Assembly (NCBI GenBank): GCA_007123465.1
Contig: SKLB01000094.1
Coordinates: forward strand, 1 to 37,143
DNA: 37,143 bases
Direction of reading: 5' to 3'
Source: Spirochaetales bacterium
Lineage (GTDB): Bacteria > Spirochaetota > Spirochaetia > DSM-27196 > PWMO01
Numbering within the stretch: position 1 is the stretch's first letter; every line of letters begins with the position of its first letter. Both the position numbers and the translations under genes were made by a program. The notes under the pieces were generated by a model. It saw only the letters and a program-made list of their open reading frames with translations, made no database searches and was not told the DNA's origin. Positions 8,732 through 15,372 of this stretch are shown here, piece by piece.

Positions 8732-9115
8732 ATGTCCGATAAAACCGAAAGCGCAATCGAGCGCAGTACCAGAGAGTTTGCAGCAGCCCTTCTCGAAGAT
8801 CCGGCCGTTATTGAGTTTCGCTCCGCCCAAGCGGCACTCGAAAGCGACCCGGAGTTCGTCCGGCTCAGCGAAAGCTATAATGGACTGGCACAACAGTTGC
8901 AGCAGAAACAGTCCGACGGCAGCCTGACCCAAGAGCACATCAACGAGCTGCGTGAACTTCAAACGCAGATCAACAGCCATGCGGCGGCGCAACGCTTCAT
9001 CGCTGCGCGCGAACAGAACGCCGCGTTGGTACACGACTGTAACCACGAGATATCTTCGATACTGGGTTTTGATTTTGGCGCTGTGGCCGGCCCACGCGGC
9101 GGCTGCTCCTGCTGA
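8732..9115 (+). CDS. YlbF/YmcA-family helical protein, paralog 2, ending in GGCSC
   Basis: 127 aa from ATG 8732. Same layout as the upstream gene: TREFAAALLEDPAVIEFRSAQAALESDPEFVRL...INSHAAAQRFIAAREQNAALVHDCNHEISSILGFDF...GGCSC. Confidence 0.6.
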   Translation: MSDKTESAIERSTREFAAALLEDPAVIEFRSAQAALESDPEFVRLSESYNGLAQQLQQKQSDGSLTQEHINELRELQTQINSHAAAQRFIAAREQNAALVHDCNHEISSILGFDFGAVAGPRGGCSC

Positions 9116-9134
9116 CCCGCCGCAGCAAACCGGC

Positions 9135-9419
9135 TCAGCCGTGCTTGCGAAACTGCGCGAGCACGCTCATGACTTCGTCGATTTTTTCCCGCTGTTGAGA
9201 GGAATCCTGGCTGCGAAACGCCTCGGCAACGCAGGTGTTCATGTGATTTTCCATAATCAGATCCTCAACCGCGCGCAACGCCGAGACAACCGCGCGCGTC
9301 TGGGCTACAATATCCATGCAGTAGCGATCTTCCTCCACCATCTTTTGAATGCCGCGGACCTGCCCTTCGATCCGCCGCAGACGCGAGACCGCCTGTGTTT
9401 TCTTGCGCTCATCCATCAT
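9135..9419 (-). CDS. csoR: CsoR/RcnR/FrmR-family metal-sensing transcriptional repressor (Cu-type C-H-C ligand set)
   Basis: 94 aa. RLRRIEGQVRGIQKMVEEDRYCMDIVAQ...ENHMNTC gives the family signature with Cys (YC), His and Cys (HxxxC) at the CsoR copper-ligand positions. Confidence 0.85.
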   Translation of the reverse strand: MMDERKKTQAVSRLRRIEGQVRGIQKMVEEDRYCMDIVAQTRAVVSALRAVEDLIMENHMNTCVAEAFRSQDSSQQREKIDEVMSVLAQFRKHG

Positions 9420-9441
9420 ACGGTGCTGCCCGAGTCATCTG

Positions 9442-9681
9442 TCACGCTTTCAGCTGGGCGCTGTAGCCGGAACCGGACAGCGCCTCGCTGATTGAATCCA
9501 ATGATGGCTCGGCGTCCTGTTTCAGCCTCAGTGTGGCAATCTTGCTTTTGGAGTCAGCCTTGACCTCTTTGACCTCCGGCAGAGCACCGAGCAGGCTCTG
9601 AATTTTTGCTTCACAGTGGCCGCAACTCATCTCAGGCACGGTCAGCAGCATCCGGCTCTTCTTCTTCGCGAATAGTCCCAC
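9442..9681 (-). CDS. copZ: Heavy-metal-associated (HMA) copper chaperone, CopZ-like
   Basis: MxCxxC motif (EMSCGHCEAKI) in a ~70-aa ferredoxin-like fold. Start placed at GTG 9681, 6 nt after GGAGGA on the minus strand. ATG 9651 is the alternative start. Confidence 0.8.
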   Translation of the reverse strand: MGLFAKKKSRMLLTVPEMSCGHCEAKIQSLLGALPEVKEVKADSKSKIATLRLKQDAEPSLDSISEALSGSGYSAQLKA

Positions 9682-9695
9682 GGGTAATCCTCCAT

Positions 9696-9721
9696 TGTGT
9701 CGTACGATCAATTACGACACA
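9696..9721. repeat. Perfect 9-bp inverted repeat, TGTGTCGTA-N8-TACGACACA
   Basis: Read directly: tgtgtcgta cgatcaat tacgacaca. It lies in the copZ leader / dus upstream region and ends 4 nt from the copZ SD (minus-strand GGAGG occupies 9688-9692). Confidence 0.7.
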
Positions 9722-9751
9722 AGCATACTACCATCAAACAAGACGGTCAAG

Positions 9752-9771
9752 TACTATAGGGGGGTATTGTA
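9752..9771. promoter_or_regulatory. CsoR/RcnR-type operator candidate: AT-rich inverted repeat flanking a G6 tract
   Basis: TACTATA-GGGGGG-TATTGTA, with arms complementary at 6 of 7 positions. On the minus strand it reads TACAATA-CCCCCC-TATAGTA, so it contains -10-like hexamers ~70 nt upstream of copZ. Confidence 0.4.
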
Positions 9772-9772
9772 T

Positions 9773-10819
9773 TTGCACCAGCTTCTTCCCGAACAGCGAC
9801 AAAAAGCGTACACTACCCGCGTGTCTGAGTTCTGGCAGAGCCTGCAAAAGCCCGTTTACGCGCTGGCACCGATGGAAAACGTCACCGATACCGTCTTCCG
9901 CCGCATTCTGATCGAATGCGGGGCGCCGCACGTGTTCTTCACCGAATTCACCCGCGTAGAACAGGTAACAGCCTATCCGCGACGCGGTCTACCGGCGCGC
10001 ATGCGTTGCCAAAGCAGCGAGCGTCCGTTGATCGTACAGATATGGGGCACCGATCCCGAGCTCTACCGGCGCGCAGCTGCCATCATCTCCCAGCTGGGAT
10101 ACAACGGCATAGACATCAACATGGGATGCCCGGTGCGTAGAATACGCAATAAGGGCAGCTGCTCGGGCTTGATTATCAATCCTGGTCTGGCTGCAGAAAT
10201 CATAGCGGCTACCCGCGAAGGCGCCCGATCTCAGCCCTCGCGCACACTACCGGTATCGGTGAAAACGCGCATCGGTTTTGACCGTCCTGTCACCGACGAA
10301 TGGATCGGCTTTCTTCTGCAGCAGGACATCGACCTGCTGACCGTTCACGCTCGAACGGCGTTCCAGGAATCGGAGGGCCCGGTCAACCACGCTGCCATCC
10401 TGCGCACGGTTGCATTACGTAACCAGCTGGCGCCCCGGACGTTGATCTTCGCCAACGGTGACATCAGAAGCGTAGCAGAAGGCGGCCGCCTGTGCAGCCG
10501 GCTGGGTGTTGATGGGGTCATGATCGGCCGCGCGGTCTTCAGCGACCCTTACCTTTTCTCGCCGCTCGGCGAGAACCCGCAGATCTTCGCCGATCAGACG
10601 CCGCGGCAGAAGATAGCTCTGATGCAGCGTCACATCCGTCTGCACCAGGAGACATGGAACGGCGCTCGCAACTACGAGGTGTTGAAGCGCTTCTACAAGA
10701 TCTATCTGGTGGGCTTTGAAGGCGCAATCGAACTGCGCGACAGGCTCAACCGCACCCACGATTACCGCAGCGCGCTGGTCGAAATAGACGAATTCTCGTC
10801 CCAAATGCGTTACTATTGA
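9773..10819 (+). CDS. dus: tRNA-dihydrouridine synthase
   Basis: YALAPMENVTDTVFRR, IDINMGCP, VKTRIG and LTVHARTA are the Dus flavoenzyme motifs. The start is uncertain: TTG 9767 or 9773, or GTG 9821. The stop at 10819 is firm. Confidence 0.85.
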   Translation: MHQLLPEQRQKAYTTRVSEFWQSLQKPVYALAPMENVTDTVFRRILIECGAPHVFFTEFTRVEQVTAYPRRGLPARMRCQSSERPLIVQIWGTDPELYRRAAAIISQLGYNGIDINMGCPVRRIRNKGSCSGLIINPGLAAEIIAATREGARSQPSRTLPVSVKTRIGFDRPVTDEWIGFLLQQDIDLLTVHARTAFQESEGPVNHAAILRTVALRNQLAPRTLIFANGDIRSVAEGGRLCSRLGVDGVMIGRAVFSDPYLFSPLGENPQIFADQTPRQKIALMQRHIRLHQETWNGARNYEVLKRFYKIYLVGFEGAIELRDRLNRTHDYRSALVEIDEFSSQMRYY

Positions 10820-10844
10820 TGCATCGCATACGAGGGGAGTTATT

Positions 10845-11381
10845 GTGATAGGATGGATAGCGAAGATCATCGCCGGACTCTACAGCAACCGTAAACCGGC
10901 GGAGGTAGCCGCAGCACTCTCTACAGCGCTGTTACTGACATTTCTGCCGGGGGCAAACCTTCTGTGGTTGACAATTTTTGTAGCAATGTTCTTCCTGCGC
11001 GTCAATCATGCGGTGGCTCTGCTTGCGCTGGCGCTGCTGGCGCCGTTCTCGGCAGCAGCCGATCCGCTGCTGCACAATCTCGGACACACCATATTGACCC
11101 ACCCGGCCCTGGCTGATTTTTTCACTGCCCTCTACAACCAGCCGCTGATGCCGTTCACGCGTTTCAACAACACGCTTGTCATGGGCGGGCTGTTAGCTGG
11201 GGCAATCGTGTGGTTTCCGGTCTTTCTGCTTAGCCGGGCCGCCGTCATGACATTCCGGCTGCACCTGGTTCCGGCTCTGGCGTCGAGTAAGCCCGTACGG
11301 GCTCTGGTCAAGCTCCCGCTTGTCGCCAGACTGACCGGCGCCACGCGCCACTGGGCCGCCGTATACCAGGCACTGAGGTAA
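10845..11381 (+). CDS. DUF2062-like small polytopic membrane protein (I recall this as the TIGR03546-type partner)
   Basis: 178 aa. GTG 10845 lies 6 nt after GAGGGGA. KPAEVAAALSTALLLTFLPGANLLWLTIFVAMFFLRVNHAVALLAL resembles the DUF2062 core. At least three hydrophobic segments. Its stop is 3 nt before the next gene. Confidence 0.6.
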   Translation: MIGWIAKIIAGLYSNRKPAEVAAALSTALLLTFLPGANLLWLTIFVAMFFLRVNHAVALLALALLAPFSAAADPLLHNLGHTILTHPALADFFTALYNQPLMPFTRFNNTLVMGGLLAGAIVWFPVFLLSRAAVMTFRLHLVPALASSKPVRALVKLPLVARLTGATRHWAAVYQALR

Positions 11382-11384
11382 GTC

Positions 11385-13478
11385 ATGGCTACACCACGAA
11401 ACACACCGCGACTGCTGCGCAAACCGTTGAGTGAGAAGACCTTCAGGAAGAAGATTGTCAAAGGAGTCTACCTGGCTCATGATCGGAGCTTCCTTGAAAC
11501 GGTTTTCGAGCGCGACCAGCGGAACAGGTTTCGGCTGCGGCAAGATCTCAGTGAGAAAGAACATAAGCGGGTTGTGGCGCTGGCAAAACAGATCAAGAAG
11601 AACCGTGGCTCGCTCAAGACCGGGCGTATCGCCGCGCTTGCGCTTGTAATCGGCGCCGCTATCGTTTTCAACGTTCTATTCAAGAACGCAGTGTTGACCC
11701 GGGCCGGTGAACGTGCGCTGCAGACAGCGTTCGAAGCTCGCTGCGAGATTCGCGATCTCGACCTGCGCCTGCTCTCAGGAACGCTCTCGTTCTCCGCTGT
11801 TACCGTAGCTGACCGCGACCGCCCGTTGCGCAATCTTTTCGAGATCGGCCCGAGCACAATAGATATCGACCTGCTGGAATTGCTCAAAGGCAACTTTGTG
11901 GCCCACACCCTGAGCGTGCAGAATATCCGCTGGAACACCGAGCGCGCCGATTCCGGCCGCCTGGAAGGGGCCCCTCCCTCGCGCGACCCTGCCGCGCGCC
12001 CATCAGCGCTGGAAGGTATCTCCATACCTGCACTCAGCCCCGAGGACGCACGGGCGTTTCTGATGCAGCATTTCGAGCAACTCAGCCTGCCGCTGGTGAT
12101 AGAGGACGTCGAACAGCAACTTAGCAAGGCCGCGCACGAACTTCCGCTGCGCCTCGAAGCCAACGTGGCACGCCTCGACCAGCTCTCCGCGTCGGTTGAA
12201 CGCGCTGCCGCGATTCAAGTGCAACAGATCGACAATATCGAGACTGCCATAACAACCTATCGCGAGCTCGAAACGCTGGCCGAGGAGATTCAAAGCACCG
12301 TTCGCGCTGCCGAGTCTGAGCTCAGTCAGCTGAGCCGACAGGCTGCCATGGCGGTTGAGACCTGGGACGAACTGGCTGACGCGATAACGTCCGACCTGGA
12401 TTACCTGACAGACCGGATCACCGATGTGACTGCCGATCCAACCGCCTTCCTGATGCAGATAGTATCCGAGCTGTTACAGCAGCAGTTCGCCGACTTTTTT
12501 CGCTACCGTGAGCGGGCGCAGGAAATTGCTGCCCGGCTGCGCAGTGGCGAACCGGGAGAACCTCGTTCACCGTTCCGTCCCGGCGGCGTTGACGTTGTCT
12601 ACCCTTCGGTTACCTGGCCGCGCTTCTACATGGGGCTGACTTCGATCTCCTTTGGCAGCGAGGAAAGCGGGCTGTTTCAGGCCGGCACGCTGCGCGAAAT
12701 ATCAAGCTCTCCGCGCCTGGTAGGCAAACCTACTACCGCAGAGTTACGAACGCTGCGCGACGGTCAGGAACATCGGCTTGACGCTCTGCTTGCTCTGCAT
12801 CACTACAGCGGTGATCTCATGCAGTTAGCCTATCGCGGGCACAATCTTCCGCTCGACCTGCACGCATCGTTCGGCGAAGTGTCGCTGCGCGAGCTATCCG
12901 GCCCGGCGGCCTTCTCCACCACGATGAGCCTCGATCGCGATGGAACGGTGCGCGGTCGCGCCGATGTAACCGTCAGCGATCCGACCTTTACGCTCGCAAC
13001 CGGAGTTGAGATCATAGATCGCATCATCGCGGACGCCGCAGCGCGCAGTGATACAATTGGCGCGCAGTTCGACTATGTTGCGCGCGGTGACCGCATCACC
13101 TCACTCAGCGGCAGCACAACACTGGACCAGCACGTTGCCGCCGGCGTGCGAGATTACGTAGAACAACAGCGCTCTGCGTTTGAAGCACGTCTGCGCCAGG
13201 AGGTCAATCAACTGGCAGCTCAGGCGCGCTCCAGACTCGAACCGTTACACAATCGCGTGACCCGACTGCACGGCGAGGCAGGCGCTCAACTGCAGCGTGC
13301 TCACGCCTATCGGGGCACCGTGGAAGACCAGCTCGCTGCTGTTGACAGGCGAGTGGCAGAGCTTCAAACTGCTGCGGAACGCCGTGCACGTGAGCAGGCG
13401 CAACGCCAGCTGGAAAGGGCGCTGGAGGACATGCCGCGGCCGGGCATCGACGCTGAACGAATTCCTCGTTTTCGTTGA
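11385..13478 (+). CDS. Membrane-anchored 697-aa protein with an AsmA-like N-terminal segment and long coiled-coil regions (I recall this as TIGR03545-type)
   Basis: Basic N-terminus, then one TM helix (IAALALVIGAAIVFNVLF). Next comes CEIRDLDLRLLSGTLSFSAVTVADRDRPLRNLFEIGPSTIDIDLLELLKGNFVAHTLSVQNIRW, which is AsmA/DUF748-like. Ala/Glu/Gln/Arg-rich helical stretches extend to the C-terminus. Confidence 0.55.
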   Translation: MATPRNTPRLLRKPLSEKTFRKKIVKGVYLAHDRSFLETVFERDQRNRFRLRQDLSEKEHKRVVALAKQIKKNRGSLKTGRIAALALVIGAAIVFNVLFKNAVLTRAGERALQTAFEARCEIRDLDLRLLSGTLSFSAVTVADRDRPLRNLFEIGPSTIDIDLLELLKGNFVAHTLSVQNIRWNTERADSGRLEGAPPSRDPAARPSALEGISIPALSPEDARAFLMQHFEQLSLPLVIEDVEQQLSKAAHELPLRLEANVARLDQLSASVERAAAIQVQQIDNIETAITTYRELETLAEEIQSTVRAAESELSQLSRQAAMAVETWDELADAITSDLDYLTDRITDVTADPTAFLMQIVSELLQQQFADFFRYRERAQEIAARLRSGEPGEPRSPFRPGGVDVVYPSVTWPRFYMGLTSISFGSEESGLFQAGTLREISSSPRLVGKPTTAELRTLRDGQEHRLDALLALHHYSGDLMQLAYRGHNLPLDLHASFGEVSLRELSGPAAFSTTMSLDRDGTVRGRADVTVSDPTFTLATGVEIIDRIIADAAARSDTIGAQFDYVARGDRITSLSGSTTLDQHVAAGVRDYVEQQRSAFEARLRQEVNQLAAQARSRLEPLHNRVTRLHGEAGAQLQRAHAYRGTVEDQLAAVDRRVAELQTAAERRAREQAQRQLERALEDMPRPGIDAERIPRFR

Positions 13479-13492
13479 GCAGGAAAATGGTT

Positions 13493-15139
13493 ATGCGCTA
13501 CGCGACTATTGTGCTTTCCGGCCGCTACAGGGAGATTCCACACGCCGGACATTCGCCGGCAGCGCGCCTGGCGGACCGTCACGCCTTCTGCTACAACGAA
13601 TTCAGCGCGACGCTGCACGCGCTGAGGCGTAATCGCGCGGTCAAGCGAGCCCTGATCGAATGCCGCGAAGACTTTCTGCCCAGCTACAGCTCTGCCGCTG
13701 AAGCTATTCGGCGTGATCTGGTCGCGCTGCGCGACAGCGGTGTTGAGTTGCATTTTTACGCCCCACGTTATAGCGAGTCGGCGCTCTACATCGCCTCGGG
13801 CTGCAACTATCGCTATATAGCTCCATTGGGCACTATCGCGCTGACCGGCTTTGGCGGTACCTTTGTGTTCCTGCGACGCCTGCTCGAGCGCAAGGGCGTG
13901 CACGCGGAAGTCTTCAAGCGCGGGGCGTACAAGTCAGCGGCCGACGGACTCCGTTCGGACTCGCTGGAACCTGCGGTACGCCGTCAGTACCAGGAGTATT
14001 TTGACGTCCAGCAGCGCGAGTTCAATCGTACCGTTTGCGAAGGAATGTCAAAATCGATATCGCAGATCAACGAACTTATCCAGGGACGCGTTCTTCACGA
14101 TGCCGAAGCAGTCGAACAGGGATGGGTCAGCGAGGTTGTCTCACTGCAACAGTTGCAACAGCGCTGGAAGGATGGCAAAACCCGGGCCAAACAGCTCAAG
14201 ATCCGCAGCCGCGGCTACGGCCGAGGCAAACAGGTTGCGGTGCTGGCACTGGATGGACCTATTGTCGAAGGACGTTCACGTCGCGACCCGTTGATGGGAA
14301 ACGCGGTTGGTTCTCACTCGCTTGTACAACAGATCGCAATGCTGCGCGAAAACAAAAAGTGTGCCGCGGTAGTCCTCCGCATCAACTCACCGGGCGGCTC
14401 GGCTGCCGCCAGCGAACTGATCCGCCACGAACTTCTGCGTCTTGGAGAGCGCAAGCCTTTGGTAGTATCGATGTCCACAGTAGCCGCTTCGGGCGGCTAC
14501 TGGATAGCGTGCGCGGCACCGCTGATACTGGCCGAACGAACCACGCTGACCGGTTCCATCGGCGTCATCGGCCTGATAATGACCGCAGCCAAACTTTTCA
14601 ACCGCCTCGGCATCTCGTTTCATGCACTGAAGACTGGACCGTTCCGAGACCTCGGCACACCGGTACGTGCTATGACCGCTCACGAGAAGCAGCTCGTTGA
14701 CCGCGAGATCGAGTACACCTACCAGCGTTTTTTAACGCTGGTTGCCGCCTCACGCAAGATAAGCGTGGAGCACGCCCATCAGCTCGGACAGGGTCGGATC
14801 TGGGACGGTGCCGAAGCTGTGCAGCAGCGCCTGGTAGATGAGATCGGGGGCCTGCCGCAGGCTGTCGATCGCGCAGCTGCTATTGCCGGAGTCAGCTCCC
14901 CGGGCGTGCGCTTCTACCCGCAGCACAAGCCAACGCTGCTCGAACGGCTGCTGACCAGCCGCTCAGCCGACGCGCTATTGAGCCAACATTTGGCCGCATT
15001 TGTTCCCGGCACACCGGCCGCCGGCATTTACGCCCCAGCACAGCTTGCAGCCGCTCTTGAGGCGCTGCGCAGGACACCGCTGACCATCCTGCCGCAGGCG
15101 CTCTACTCAACGTTGCACTCGACGTTGTCGTCGATGTAG
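13493..15139 (+). CDS. sppA: Signal peptide peptidase SppA, two-domain (67K) type
   Basis: Two ClpP/crotonase-like halves. The second contains LRINSPGGSAAASE and MSTVAASGGYWIA (catalytic Ser context). The first contains GCNYRYIAPLGTIALTG. Start at ATG 13493, 8 nt after AGGA. The frame opens at TTG 13475, overlapping the upstream stop. Confidence 0.85.
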   Translation: MRYATIVLSGRYREIPHAGHSPAARLADRHAFCYNEFSATLHALRRNRAVKRALIECREDFLPSYSSAAEAIRRDLVALRDSGVELHFYAPRYSESALYIASGCNYRYIAPLGTIALTGFGGTFVFLRRLLERKGVHAEVFKRGAYKSAADGLRSDSLEPAVRRQYQEYFDVQQREFNRTVCEGMSKSISQINELIQGRVLHDAEAVEQGWVSEVVSLQQLQQRWKDGKTRAKQLKIRSRGYGRGKQVAVLALDGPIVEGRSRRDPLMGNAVGSHSLVQQIAMLRENKKCAAVVLRINSPGGSAAASELIRHELLRLGERKPLVVSMSTVAASGGYWIACAAPLILAERTTLTGSIGVIGLIMTAAKLFNRLGISFHALKTGPFRDLGTPVRAMTAHEKQLVDREIEYTYQRFLTLVAASRKISVEHAHQLGQGRIWDGAEAVQQRLVDEIGGLPQAVDRAAAIAGVSSPGVRFYPQHKPTLLERLLTSRSADALLSQHLAAFVPGTPAAGIYAPAQLAAALEALRRTPLTILPQALYSTLHSTLSSM

Positions 15140-15348
15140 ACAGGCAGATCAAAGACGGTATAGCGGGTAATGTAGTCGATGTCGGGGTTGGGCAGCTCGC
15201 CGAGTGCAGCGTGATACTGCTGCAGCAGACGGTAGTTTTGCATTGAAAGCACAACTCGCTGGGGCAACCGGCCCTGCTCGCGCAGAGCCTGCCGTTTTTG
15301 CCATAATTCCAGAACAACCGCCTGCGGCTCTCTGGGCTCCACAATCAT
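15103..15348 (-). CDS. Hypothetical 81-aa protein
   Basis: The ORF starts 24 nt downstream of the hppA stop on the same strand. Balanced, non-repetitive composition (…YRLLQQYHAALGELPNPDIDYITRYTVFDLPVYIDDN…), unlike the Arg/Ser/Ala-rich antisense ORFs of this window. No motif recognised. Its 3' end overlaps the sppA 3' end by 37 nt. Confidence 0.4.
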   Translation of the reverse strand: MIVEPREPQAVVLELWQKRQALREQGRLPQRVVLSMQNYRLLQQYHAALGELPNPDIDYITRYTVFDLPVYIDDNVECNVE

Positions 15349-15372
15349 CGCCCCCGCGTTCAGCTGATTATC

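Noticed and set aside
11477-12163. 228-aa minus-strand ORF, extremely Ser/Arg-rich
   Set aside because: It is antisense to the 697-aa AsmA-like gene. Its composition is typical of a non-coding frame.
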